Shown here one piece after another: positions 9,761 to 19,426 of a DNA stretch of 64,000 nt. This DNA comes from Candidatus Termititenax sp. (GTDB lineage: Bacteria > Margulisbacteria > Riflemargulisbacteria > GWF2-35-9 > DYQY01), in assembly GCA_020719045.1 (NCBI GenBank), contig DYQY01000001.1, positions 128,198-192,197 on the forward strand, read 5' to 3'. Made by a program: the position numbers and the translations under genes. The first letter of the stretch is position 1; each line of letters begins with the position of its first letter. The notes under the pieces are model-generated. The model was given only the letters and a program-made list of their open reading frames with translations, was not told the DNA's origin and made no database searches.

Positions 9761-11482
9761 ATGAGATTAGCTATTCATCAGTTTGACCCAGTTGTTGGTA
9801 ACCCAAAACATAATTTGGAAAGAATTATCAAAGCATCACGCAGCGTAGGAGCTGATGTGCATTTGTTTGGTGAACTTTCAGTCGCTGGTTATTATGCTCA
9901 GGATATTTTTTATAATATGAGCGTGCAGAAAGAAGTTGAGGAGTGTCTTGTCGAAATAGAAAATGTTTCACGTGAAACATCTGTGGCAATAGGTGTTGGC
10001 TTTCCTAAAAGAAACGATTCTCCCTGTCAGAAGCAGCTTTTTAATTCCTTTGGTTTGTTTGGAGAAAAGGGATTTACTCAAGACAAGGTGTGTTTGCCAA
10101 CCTATAAGGAGTTTGATGAAAACAGGTGGTTTCAGTCAGGTACGCTGGAACAAGTAAAAATAAGGCAAATAGGTGATGAATATTTTGGTTTTTTAATTTG
10201 TGAGGATGGTTGGAATAGTCCGTATGGAGGAATGCCAGAAAAGTATAGGCTATACGAGGAAGACTTATATGAAATGTTGTTCGACGAGGCACAGAAAAAT
10301 AAGATTGAGCTTTCAGCTTTTATTAATATTTCAGCAAGTCCTGATTATATTGGAAAGCAGAAACTTAGAGTAGAAATGTTTTCAAATGTAGCAAAGCACT
10401 ACAAGACACCGATAGTTTTTATTAATTCAGTAGGCGCACAAGATGAGCTTATTTTTGGTGGAAGAAGTTTTGTTTTAAATGCTAAAGGTGATTTGGTGGC
10501 AGAGCTTAAAGGGTTTGAGGAAGACGTTTATGTGGTAGACACAAAGAAGATAAATGAAATGCTTGTTGTTTCAAAAAGCTACGATTTGTTCGCTGAGCTT
10601 GATTCTATGATGGGTTGTTATTTGAAGGGTTATTTTAGAAAGTCAGGTTTGGTTGGAAAAAAAGCAATACTTGGTTTGTCTGGTGGCAAGGACTCAACGG
10701 TAGTAGCTGTAGCTTTAAAAAGGCATTTGGGTGCTGATAAGGTAGTTGGGGTTATGATGCCGTATAGGTTTGGAGAATATACCGCGGAATTGTCTAAGCA
10801 AATAGCTGAGAGGCTTGCAAATGGGCTAGGAATTGAGGTAAGAGAAGTTGCTATTGATGAGATGGTGGAGCCTATTGTAAAGTCGCTTAATTTAAGAGTT
10901 AATAGTTTGGCACATCAAAATGTCCAGGCGAGGGTACGCGCAAATGTTTTGTGGGCAATAGCTAATGAAGAAAGCGGAGTTGTAATTAATACGACAAATT
11001 TTTCTGAGGCTGCTGTAGGTTATGGAACAATAGGTGGTGATTTGTTGGGGCTACCATTAATAGCATCAATTCCAGCAACTATGGTAATTAAATATTTAGA
11101 GTGGCTTAAGCTTATCGGAGAAGATGCGCTTGATGAGGTGATGATTAATCGTCCTCCGTCTGCAGAGTTAGTGCCTGGGCAGCTTGATGCTGATGAGTTG
11201 GGTGATTACGATTATATAGATCCGATTTTGGAATCACTTAGAATGAATTATGGAGATCATGTAAAAGTAAGAGAGCAGTTATTAGATAAATCAAAGAGAG
11301 AGAATGAACAATACTGGTCAAACGCGCGGAAGTTTGAAGATAAAATGTTGTTTCTTTCAAGGAAACTGATAAATCAGACAGAGTATAAGCGTTGGTATTA
11401 TAATAGAACACCACAACTTACACCATTTAGTTGGCTAAGATGGAAATGGCCCTTAGCTAATGCAGATATGAATCAGAGCTAA
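9761..11482 (+). CDS. nadE: Glutamine-dependent NAD+ synthetase (CN-hydrolase domain plus NAD synthase domain)
   Basis: N-terminal nitrilase-like domain and C-terminal PP-loop SGGKDS, in a 573-aa fusion. Confidence 0.9.
   Translation: MRLAIHQFDPVVGNPKHNLERIIKASRSVGADVHLFGELSVAGYYAQDIFYNMSVQKEVEECLVEIENVSRETSVAIGVGFPKRNDSPCQKQLFNSFGLFGEKGFTQDKVCLPTYKEFDENRWFQSGTLEQVKIRQIGDEYFGFLICEDGWNSPYGGMPEKYRLYEEDLYEMLFDEAQKNKIELSAFINISASPDYIGKQKLRVEMFSNVAKHYKTPIVFINSVGAQDELIFGGRSFVLNAKGDLVAELKGFEEDVYVVDTKKINEMLVVSKSYDLFAELDSMMGCYLKGYFRKSGLVGKKAILGLSGGKDSTVVAVALKRHLGADKVVGVMMPYRFGEYTAELSKQIAERLANGLGIEVREVAIDEMVEPIVKSLNLRVNSLAHQNVQARVRANVLWAIANEESGVVINTTNFSEAAVGYGTIGGDLLGLPLIASIPATMVIKYLEWLKLIGEDALDEVMINRPPSAELVPGQLDADELGDYDYIDPILESLRMNYGDHVKVREQLLDKSKRENEQYWSNARKFEDKMLFLSRKLINQTEYKRWYYNRTPQLTPFSWLRWKWPLANADMNQS
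9964..9979. promoter_or_regulatory. parS centromere-like site no. 3, inside the nadE coding sequence (encodes NVSRET)
   Basis: Perfect TGTTTCACGTGAAACA. With flanking a/t it forms an 18-bp palindrome. Confidence 0.75.
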
Positions 11483-11883
11483 ACTACTTTTCCTTCAAAA
11501 AATTTCATGTACTTTTGGTCTGTTCCTTTTATGTGAGTAACAATCCAGTCTTTAAGAAAGGTAAGGGTATCTCTAGTTATAAGTGTATTGCCAGAGTTAT
11601 AGGCAACAACTAGTTCCCTTGCTTTTTTTACAAACTTATCGTGCTCAATCTTATGAAGAGGATAATCAGGATAGGTATATTTTTGCATAGCTACTTCTTC
11701 AGTATCAAAGTGCGTTTTAGTATAGTTTACAAGCTCCATAAGAATCTCTCTTAAAACATCAGCACCTTTGCCTACGCTCATTGCATCGTATAGTTTATTG
11801 ATTAAATCAACTAACTTTTTGTGTTGAGTATCAATCTTTGGAATATTAACACTTAAACTTGTATCCCAGTTCATTATTGGCAT
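11479..11883 (-). CDS. Bacteriohemerythrin (hemerythrin-like metal-binding protein)
   Basis: Hemerythrin HHE cation-binding pattern (H…HFxxEE…H…H…D). Length 134 aa. Confidence 0.8.
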   Translation of the reverse strand: MPIMNWDTSLSVNIPKIDTQHKKLVDLINKLYDAMSVGKGADVLREILMELVNYTKTHFDTEEVAMQKYTYPDYPLHKIEHDKFVKKARELVVAYNSGNTLITRDTLTFLKDWIVTHIKGTDQKYMKFFEGKVV

Positions 11884-11992
11884 TTTTTCCCCTTGAGTTC
11901 TTTGTAAATATTATATGTAAAATATGCCAAGAAATCAAATGTGTCGGAAAAGAAAGTTTGCCATAGTTTGCAAGAAGAATATTATCTTGGTT

Positions 11993-12010
11993 CTGTGAAT
12001 ATTTTCACAA
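11993..12010. promoter_or_regulatory. Rex operator (cTGTGAA-tatt-TTCACAA) in the hemerythrin/rex divergent intergenic region
   Basis: 17 of 18 positions match the Rex consensus TTGTGAAnnnnTTCACAA. Confidence 0.6.
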
Positions 12011-12084
12011 GAAGCTGTGTTTTGTCTTAAAATTTAGTATTGTAAGTTTAAAAAACAAGAGCTATACTCTGTTATCATGACTTA

Positions 12085-12102
12085 TCGTGAATTTATTCAC
12101 AG
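12085..12102. promoter_or_regulatory. Second Rex-like operator (tcGTGAA-ttta-TTCACag), 16 bp upstream of the rex ATG
   Basis: Perfect GTGAA-N4-TTCAC core with degenerate flanks. Confidence 0.45.
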
Positions 12103-12117
12103 AAAGAGAGGCTAGGG

Positions 12118-12720
12118 ATGTTACCAACAAATACAGCAGAGCGACTTTGTAAAATATACGGTATTTTGCAAATGATTAAAAAGGATTCTGGGTATGTGTC
12201 GTCAAAGGAATTAGCTTCAATGATGGGGACTACAGATTTTACAATTAGGAAGGATATTAGCGCACTTAATCTAGTTAGCTTTGGTAGAAGGGGTTATCAC
12301 ATAGGAGAGCTATCTTCTGTATTAGGAAAGGCGCTTCAGTTATCAAGGCCTTATAGGTCTTGTATTGTAGGGCTTGGTAGATTAGGCTCAGCACTTTTAG
12401 ACTATGAATCATTTAGGGGTGACGGGTTTGATATTGTTGCGGGATTTGATAGTAATATTAACAAAATAGAGCGAATACGTACGCAAATAGCCGTATATCC
12501 TGTTAGTGAGTTAGACCAAGTTGTGAAGAATAAAAGCATAGAGGTTGGAATAATAGCAGTTCCACATAACTCAGCACAGGAAGTAGCAACAACTTTGGTG
12601 AAAAGTGGAGTGAAGGGTATTTTAAACTTTTCACCAGCTCAAATAAAGGTGCCAAGTGAAGTGGTGCTTTATAATATGGACTTCACATCAGCGCTTCGTT
12701 TTGTTGTGTCCCAAATATAA
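12118..12720 (+). CDS. rex: Redox-sensing transcriptional repressor Rex
   Basis: N-terminal wHTH plus a Rossmann GxGxxG (IVGLGRLGSAL). Length 200 aa. Confidence 0.85.
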   Translation: MLPTNTAERLCKIYGILQMIKKDSGYVSSKELASMMGTTDFTIRKDISALNLVSFGRRGYHIGELSSVLGKALQLSRPYRSCIVGLGRLGSALLDYESFRGDGFDIVAGFDSNINKIERIRTQIAVYPVSELDQVVKNKSIEVGIIAVPHNSAQEVATTLVKSGVKGILNFSPAQIKVPSEVVLYNMDFTSALRFVVSQI

Positions 12721-12735
12721 TTAAAGGAGAGAGAA

Positions 12736-13908
12736 ATGAGAAAAGTGTTAACGTTAAATAAAATAGATGCAGCAGGGTTATCATTATTACCACACGATGA
12801 TTACGAGATAGGTACAGAAATAAAGAGTCCAGACGCGATATTATTACGTAGCTTTAAGATGCATGATATGAAGCTTCCAGATTCATTATTAGCCGTAGGA
12901 AGAGCAGGTGCTGGCGTAAATAATATCCCTATAGAAAAATGTACAGAACAAGGAATTGTTGTTTTTAATTCACCAGGCGCAAATGCAAATGCAGTAAAGG
13001 AATTAGTTATCGTTGGGCTATTTTTAGCATCAAGAGACATTTATCAGGGTATAGTTTATTCACAGTCTATTAAAGGTAAAGCAGATGAGGTTTCAAACTT
13101 AGTTGAGAAGAATAAAGAGAACTATGCTGGATGTGAGATTGCTGGTAAAACACTTGGTGTTATTGGTCTTGGTAAAATAGGCGTAATGGTTGCTAATGCA
13201 GCATTAGACCTTGGAATGAAAGTAATTGGACTAGATCCATATATTTCTGTTGAGTCAGCATGGGGATTATCAAAAGAAGTTACCAGAGCGATAGGCCTCG
13301 ATGGACTTTTGGCAGAATGTGACTACATTTCAATTCATACACCACTTAACGATTCAACAAAAGGTATTTTTAATGAGAGTAAGTTTAAGATTATGAAAAA
13401 AGGCATGAGAATTCTTAATTTCTCAAGAGGAGGCATTGTTAATAATGATGATTTAATTAAAGCTATTGAGGATGGAATAGTTGCAAGATACGTAACAGAC
13501 TTTCCAGAGGAAGAGTTATTAGGAATTAACCAAGTAATCCCGATTCCACATTTAGGAGCATCTACAGCAGAAGCAGAAGTAAACTGTGCAGTGATAGTTA
13601 CAAAACAGGTTAAAGATTTCTTAGAAAAAGGAAACATTGTAAACTCTGTTAATTATCCTGATGCAAGCTTACCAGTGAGCTCTAAGTTTAGACTAGTTGT
13701 TATGAACAAGAATGTTCCAAATATGGTTGGCCAGATATCAGCAATATTAGCAGAAAGGAATGTTAATATCATCGAGATGCTTAACAAGAGTAAGGGAGAG
13801 TATGCTTATAATATTATTGATATTGAAAATGAACTAGATGAAAAGACCCTTAAAACATTAGAAAGTATAAAAGGTGTGGTAAAAGTAAGACTTATAACAA
13901 TAGTTTAA
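12736..13908 (+). CDS. serA: D-3-phosphoglycerate dehydrogenase-like 2-hydroxyacid dehydrogenase with a C-terminal ACT domain
   Basis: NAD-binding motif GVIGLGKIG, the catalytic region of D-isomer 2-hydroxyacid dehydrogenases, and a C-terminal ACT-like domain. Lies 15 bp after rex. Confidence 0.75.
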   Translation: MRKVLTLNKIDAAGLSLLPHDDYEIGTEIKSPDAILLRSFKMHDMKLPDSLLAVGRAGAGVNNIPIEKCTEQGIVVFNSPGANANAVKELVIVGLFLASRDIYQGIVYSQSIKGKADEVSNLVEKNKENYAGCEIAGKTLGVIGLGKIGVMVANAALDLGMKVIGLDPYISVESAWGLSKEVTRAIGLDGLLAECDYISIHTPLNDSTKGIFNESKFKIMKKGMRILNFSRGGIVNNDDLIKAIEDGIVARYVTDFPEEELLGINQVIPIPHLGASTAEAEVNCAVIVTKQVKDFLEKGNIVNSVNYPDASLPVSSKFRLVVMNKNVPNMVGQISAILAERNVNIIEMLNKSKGEYAYNIIDIENELDEKTLKTLESIKGVVKVRLITIV

Positions 13909-13920
13909 GTATAGGTAGCT

Positions 13921-13953
13921 AAAAAAGGCGACAAGTAATTGTCGCCTTTTTTG
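13921..13953. terminator. Bidirectional rho-independent terminator between serA and glgP
   Basis: AAAAAA-GGCGACAA-gtaa-TTGTCGCC-TTTTTT. Confidence 0.8.
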
Positions 13954-13960
13954 TGTCATT

Positions 13961-16504
13961 TTATTGAGGCGTGACAGGCTTTATTTCCCAAATGTCATTG
14001 GCGTATTCTTGAATAGATCTATCAGAGGAGAAGTAACTCATTCTAGCAATATTTATGAGTGCTAATCTTGCCCACTCCATTTGGTCTTTATATGTTTCAG
14101 CAACTTTTGATTGTGCTTCTGCATATGCAGGCAGGTCTCTTAGAACAAGATAATGGTCATTATTCATAACTCCATTAATTAGTTCAGCAGCGACTCTTTT
14201 CTCGTCATTGTTTTTACCAATTTGTCCGTTTTTCATTTGATCAACTAGCTGTCTAACTTCGGAGTTTGAACTATAAACTGACCAAGGATTGTACCCTTCT
14301 GATTTCGCTTTTTTTACTTCAGGAGTTGTAAGTCCGAAAATAAACATGTTTTCTTCACCAATATCTCTAGCCATTTCAACATTTGCACCATCCATTGTAC
14401 CAATTGTAAGTGCACCATTTAAGGAGAATTTCATATTGCCAGTACCTGATGCTTCAAGTCCAGCCGTTGATATTTGTTCACTTAAGTCAGCCGCTGGTAT
14501 TAGTTTTTCAGCGAGTGAAACGTTGTAGTTTTCTAAGAATACAACTTTGATTCTTCCTTTAACTTGAGGATCATTATTTATTAGGTCAGCTAACATGTTA
14601 ATAAATTTAATTACATTTTTTGCTGTGTGATAGCCAGGTGCTGATTTTGCAGCAAACATAAATGTTCTTGGCGTGAAGTCCATAGATGGGTTAGCTTTAA
14701 GTTTGTTGTAGAGCATCAAGATATGAAGTGCACTCATAAGCTGTCTTTTGTATTCGTGAAGTCTTTTTGCTTGAACATCAAAGATAGAATTAGGGTCTAC
14801 CTGGGTTCTGCCAACAATCTTTCCTTTTCCATCTTTTGTTGTGTTGGTTGTATAGATGTAGTCTGCTAAAGCTTTTTTGTTAGCAGTTTTTATGCCTATA
14901 AGGTTTTTTAGAACAGCAGGATCATTAGCATACTGTTCAAGTTTTTTTAATTCACTTAGGTTTGTTATCCAACCATCTCCAATCAAACTAGTTATTAACG
15001 AGGCAAGCTCAGGGTTTGCTTGAGCCATCCATCTGCGTTGTGTTATACCGTTTGTTACATTGTGAAATTTGTCAGGGAACATCACAAAAAAATCATGTAG
15101 AACATCGTTTTTTAAGATTTCAGTATGTAGTGCAGCAACACCATTTATGGAGTGGCCACCAACAATGGCGAGGTGAGCCATTTTAACCTGACCGTCTTGT
15201 ATAATTGACATTCCTCGTACTTTGTTTTCATCAACTGGGAATTGTTTTCTTATTTGATTACAAAAGTTAAGGTTTAGCTCTTCAATAATGTTGTATTGGC
15301 GAGGCAGTAGATTTCTAAGTAGACCAGCATCCCATTTCTCAAGCGCTTCCCCAAGTACAGTATGGTTTGTATATGCAATAGTTTTTTGAGTTATTTCCCA
15401 AGCATCTTGCCAGCTAAGATTATGCTCATCAATTAGAATTCTCATTAGCTCTGGGACAAGTAGGGCAGCGTGAGTGTCGTTTATTTGTAAACCAACAGTT
15501 TCACCGAACTGGGAGATATCTTTTCCGCTTTTTAGGTAGTCGGAAACAATGCTTTGGAGTCCAGCAGAAACTAGAGAAAATTCTTGCATAAGCCTTAATA
15601 CTTTTCCAGGAGTGTGATTATCGTTAGGGTAAAGTACAGAATTTAGTACAGCATGGTCAGGATTAATTACGTTCCTATATGCACCATGATAATCTCCGCT
15701 ATTAATAGCTGGAAAGTTGATTGCACCACTTTGAGGATTTACTTTCCATAGAGTTAATTTGTTTATGTTTGGTTTTCCATCAGAAGAATATCCGATTACA
15801 GGTGCAATGAAAGGAACCATTGCAACACTTTCATAGCCTTTAATTTCGCATTTTCCATGTTCAACAGACATGTGACCACCAAATTTAACAGCTACAGCTC
15901 CGCTGTTGTTTTTAATCATCCATGGCATTGCATTGTCACCCCAGACGTCAGGTTGTTCTGTTTGATGACCATCACGAATTTCTTGTTTAAAGATACCGTA
16001 ATCATACCATAGGCCCATTCCATGTAGTGGTAAGCGTAGCGTTGCTCCAGAATCCAAGAAACAGGCAGCAAGTCTTCCAAGTCCACCGTTGCCAAGACCC
16101 CAGTCCTCTTCGATTTTTTCAAGTTCATTTTTTGCGTCTGTGCTATTTGCCAGTTTAGGGTTGACGGCTTTTAAGAAATCTACAATTTCTTGTAGTTCTT
16201 TGTTTAGGTTGAGATTGGCAATATTGTTTCCTGTCATTCTTCCCATTAAGAACTCCATTGAGAAATAGAAAACTTGTTTTGCATCTTGCTTGTTATATGC
16301 GTTAAGGGTGTTAGCCCATTGTGGCATTATAGATTTTCTAATTGCGTGTGTAAGTGCAGTATATAACTCATGGATAGAGCAATTTGCTAGTGAAACACCT
16401 TTTAGAGTGAGACCAGAATCGCTGATATAGTTATTCATCATTGTTATAATTTGTTGAGACTTTGGGCTGAGTTGCTTGGAGATTGCTATTAGTTTTTTAT
16501 GCAT
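13961..16504 (-). CDS. glgP: Glycogen/alpha-glucan phosphorylase
   Basis: PLP-site motif EASGTGNMKFSLNGALTIGTMDGANVE. Length 847 aa. Confidence 0.92.
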   Translation of the reverse strand: MHKKLIAISKQLSPKSQQIITMMNNYISDSGLTLKGVSLANCSIHELYTALTHAIRKSIMPQWANTLNAYNKQDAKQVFYFSMEFLMGRMTGNNIANLNLNKELQEIVDFLKAVNPKLANSTDAKNELEKIEEDWGLGNGGLGRLAACFLDSGATLRLPLHGMGLWYDYGIFKQEIRDGHQTEQPDVWGDNAMPWMIKNNSGAVAVKFGGHMSVEHGKCEIKGYESVAMVPFIAPVIGYSSDGKPNINKLTLWKVNPQSGAINFPAINSGDYHGAYRNVINPDHAVLNSVLYPNDNHTPGKVLRLMQEFSLVSAGLQSIVSDYLKSGKDISQFGETVGLQINDTHAALLVPELMRILIDEHNLSWQDAWEITQKTIAYTNHTVLGEALEKWDAGLLRNLLPRQYNIIEELNLNFCNQIRKQFPVDENKVRGMSIIQDGQVKMAHLAIVGGHSINGVAALHTEILKNDVLHDFFVMFPDKFHNVTNGITQRRWMAQANPELASLITSLIGDGWITNLSELKKLEQYANDPAVLKNLIGIKTANKKALADYIYTTNTTKDGKGKIVGRTQVDPNSIFDVQAKRLHEYKRQLMSALHILMLYNKLKANPSMDFTPRTFMFAAKSAPGYHTAKNVIKFINMLADLINNDPQVKGRIKVVFLENYNVSLAEKLIPAADLSEQISTAGLEASGTGNMKFSLNGALTIGTMDGANVEMARDIGEENMFIFGLTTPEVKKAKSEGYNPWSVYSSNSEVRQLVDQMKNGQIGKNNDEKRVAAELINGVMNNDHYLVLRDLPAYAEAQSKVAETYKDQMEWARLALINIARMSYFSSDRSIQEYANDIWEIKPVTPQ

Positions 16505-16698
16505 TATTTTTTCCTTTCAAAGATAAGCGTAAACAGTTTCCTGTTCTTTATTTGTTTAAAATTATTGAAAGGAGAAGAAGATAGTTGCAGTATATTTGTG
16601 AAACATAATAAAATAACTGAAATTACCTATGAAAAAACACCAACTTTTGATTAATAAACTTCTATCGTTAATAACTTTCTGCTATTATCTGTAAAACA

Positions 16699-17883
16699 AT
16701 GAATTTTTATATAAAAACCCTTGGGTGTAAAGTCAATCAGGCTGAAAGTGATGATATCGCTAAACTACTTACAGAATACGGTCACACACACTCTACCTTA
16801 TCTGAAGAAGCAAACCTAATCATAATCAACACCTGTACCGTAACACATGTAGCAGACAGAAAAAGCAGGCAAATGATAAGAAAACTACACGAAGCTAATC
16901 CCAAAGCTGAAATAATTATTACAGGATGTGTAGTAGAAAACCCAAAAGGAATCCTTCCGGAAATAGGTAGAATAGTTAAAAAACAAAATGTTTTAGCTGA
17001 AGTCTCCAAGTTCGAGAGAATACAATATCTAGACATCGCAACTTCAGAAAACGTAAAAACACGCAAACATCTGCTGGTACAAAACGGATGTAACTATTTC
17101 TGTAGCTACTGCATTATTCCAACAGCAAGGAATAGTCTGATAAGCAAACCTATTGAAACAGCCATTACTGAAGCTTCCGCTCTTATTGCTGAAAGTACTA
17201 AAGAAATAGTCCTAACGGGCATTAATCTTGGCTTATACAACAATAACAACCATGGGTTAAGTGATTTAGTTGAAAGAATCACTCAGTTGCCAGGCGACTT
17301 TAGGATAAGGCTTGGGTCTATTGAACCAAATCTTATCGACGATAAGCTTTTACGCCTTATAGAAACTAGTAATAAAGTTTGTCCTCACTTACACATTCCG
17401 CTACAGGGAGCATCTGACAATCTTCTAAAAATCATGGGGCGTCGGTACAATAAAGCATCTTATCTTGGTCTTATAGAACGAATACATAGCTTAAATAAAC
17501 TTGTAACCATCACCACAGACATTATCGTTGGTCATCCTGGTGAAACAGAAGAAGACTTTAAAGAATTAATTAATCTATTATCTCAAAACTTATTCTTAAA
17601 TATTCATCTGTTTATGTACTCAAAAAGAGCAGGTACTGTCGCTTATGAAAGAAAAGATCACCTTGATGAGCAAATTAAAAAAGAAAGAATGTCATTAGCC
17701 ATTAAAGCACTTGAACAAAGCAACAAATCATATTTAGCTACACTAAAGAATAAGGATTGTATACTTCTTGTTGAAGAAACAGAAAATGGAACTGGCTTCG
17801 GCTACTCCGAGCATTATGTTTATTGTGAAACGCCGACAGCTACACCAGTTAACTCTTTTATCTCAATAAAATATTCGGTCTAA
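16699..17883 (+). CDS. mtaB: MiaB/RimO-family radical-SAM methylthiotransferase (MtaB-like)
   Basis: N-terminal MTTase domain and radical-SAM motif CNYFCSYC. Confidence 0.75.
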   Translation: MNFYIKTLGCKVNQAESDDIAKLLTEYGHTHSTLSEEANLIIINTCTVTHVADRKSRQMIRKLHEANPKAEIIITGCVVENPKGILPEIGRIVKKQNVLAEVSKFERIQYLDIATSENVKTRKHLLVQNGCNYFCSYCIIPTARNSLISKPIETAITEASALIAESTKEIVLTGINLGLYNNNNHGLSDLVERITQLPGDFRIRLGSIEPNLIDDKLLRLIETSNKVCPHLHIPLQGASDNLLKIMGRRYNKASYLGLIERIHSLNKLVTITTDIIVGHPGETEEDFKELINLLSQNLFLNIHLFMYSKRAGTVAYERKDHLDEQIKKERMSLAIKALEQSNKSYLATLKNKDCILLVEETENGTGFGYSEHYVYCETPTATPVNSFISIKYSV

Positions 17884-17963
17884 TAGACAAAATATTCTTA
17901 AAATCCACCCGTACCTTCCTCTGATATCATTCTCGTTAACTTTCTAAACGATTATAAGCTAGA

Positions 17964-19373
17964 TTAGTATCTATAGTGCTCTGGCTTATAAGGACCTTCA
18001 ACGGGAACCCCGATATAGTCAGCTTGATCTTTTCTTAGCTTTGTTAGCTTTGCTCCAAGTTTAGCTAAATGTAGTTCAGCTACTTCTTCATCTAATTTCT
18101 TTGAAAGTCTATAAACTTTTTTTTCATATTTATCTTTGTTCTTCCATAAGTCTAGCTGAGCTAGGGTTTGGTTAGAGAAAGAGTTGCTCATTACAAATGA
18201 AGGATGTCCAGTTGCGCACCCTAAGTTAACTAGTCTTCCTTCTGCAAGTATGAAGATGCTGTGACCGTCTGGGAAAGTGTATTTGTGTACAGGACACTCA
18301 TTTCCTTTTATTTCATCTTTAATAATTCCAGGATAGTTTTCTAATTCAGCCATTTGGATTTCGTTATCAAAGTGGCCGATGTTGCAAACAATCGCTTGGT
18401 CTTTCATCTTTGCCATATGCCCAATAGTGATAATGTCTTTGTTGCCAGTTGTTGTTACGTATAGGTCAGCAAATGGAAGTGCATCCTCAACAGTACATAC
18501 CTTGAATCCAGCCATACAAGCTTGAAGTGCACAGATAGGATCTATTTCACTTACCATTACCTGCGCTCTTTCGTTTCTAAGTGCTTCTGCTGAACCTTTA
18601 CCAACATCACCATAGCCACAAACCATAGTTGTTTTGCCTGACAGTAGTACGTCCATTGCTCTTTTAACGCCGTCAGTTAGTGAGTGTCTGCATCCATAAA
18701 CATTATCAAACTTACTCTTTGTGACAGAATCGTTTACGTTTATAGCTGGAATTAACAGTGCTTCTTCTTCCATCATCTTGTATAAACGATGAACGCCAGT
18801 AGTTGTTTCTTCTGAAACACCTTTCCAGTCTTTTACTATGTTGTGAAAGTAATTTTTATCTTCTTTATTCGTGGCAATTAGAAGGTTTTTTATGATTTGT
18901 TCTTCTACGCTGTCTGCCTTACCGTTTACCCAATTAGAGCCATTTTCTAGCTCATAACCTTTGTGAAGAAAAAGCGTAGCATCTCCACCATCGTCAACAA
19001 TTAACTCTGGCCCTTTGTTTCCTGGGAAAGTAATGGCTTGCTTAGTGCACCACCAATATTCTTCAAGTGTTTCACCTTTCCAAGCAAATACAGGGATTCC
19101 AGCTTTTGCAATTGCAGCAGCAGCATGGTTTTGTGTTGAGAAAATATTACAAGAACACCAACGAACGTCAGCACCTAAGGAAACTAGAGTCTCAATAAGA
19201 ACAGCTGTTTGAATGGTCATGTGTAATGAGCCCATTATTCGAACATTTTTTAGAGGTTTTTCTTTTGAATATTTTGCTCGAACCGACATAAGTCCTGGCA
19301 TTTCTTTTTCTGCTATATCGATTTCTTTTCTGCCAAAATCGGCTAGGCTGATATCTGCTACTTTATAGTCCAT
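17964..19373 (-). CDS. ahcY: Adenosylhomocysteinase
   Basis: NAD-binding motif [17 protein letters not shown]. Length 469 aa. Confidence 0.9.
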   Translation of the reverse strand: MDYKVADISLADFGRKEIDIAEKEMPGLMSVRAKYSKEKPLKNVRIMGSLHMTIQTAVLIETLVSLGADVRWCSCNIFSTQNHAAAAIAKAGIPVFAWKGETLEEYWWCTKQAITFPGNKGPELIVDDGGDATLFLHKGYELENGSNWVNGKADSVEEQIIKNLLIATNKEDKNYFHNIVKDWKGVSEETTTGVHRLYKMMEEEALLIPAINVNDSVTKSKFDNVYGCRHSLTDGVKRAMDVLLSGKTTMVCGYGDVGKGSAEALRNERAQVMVSEIDPICALQACMAGFKVCTVEDALPFADLYVTTTGNKDIITIGHMAKMKDQAIVCNIGHFDNEIQMAELENYPGIIKDEIKGNECPVHKYTFPDGHSIFILAEGRLVNLGCATGHPSFVMSNSFSNQTLAQLDLWKNKDKYEKKVYRLSKKLDEEVAELHLAKLGAKLTKLRKDQADYIGVPVEGPYKPEHYRY

Positions 19374-19426
19374 TGAGAGCTCCTTAGTTTAATATAAGGG
19401 TATTATAGTATCTTACGAAGGTTATG

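Noticed and set aside
9062-9979. The repeated palindrome TGTTTCACGTGAAACA first looked like a transcription-factor operator (NiaR or NrtR for nadE, or a Rex or LacI-family site) or a MITE terminal repeat.
   Set aside because: It matches the canonical parS consensus exactly and lies next to parAB. A Rex site has GTGAA-N4-TTCAC orientation, and true Rex boxes are present elsewhere (11993-12102). I found no transposase or target-site duplications.
16629-16694. A 21-codon upstream ORF (MKKHQLLINKLLSLITFCYYL) ending 4 nt before the mtaB start.
   Set aside because: No RBS and no conservation evidence. It is probably a chance ORF in an AT-rich leader.
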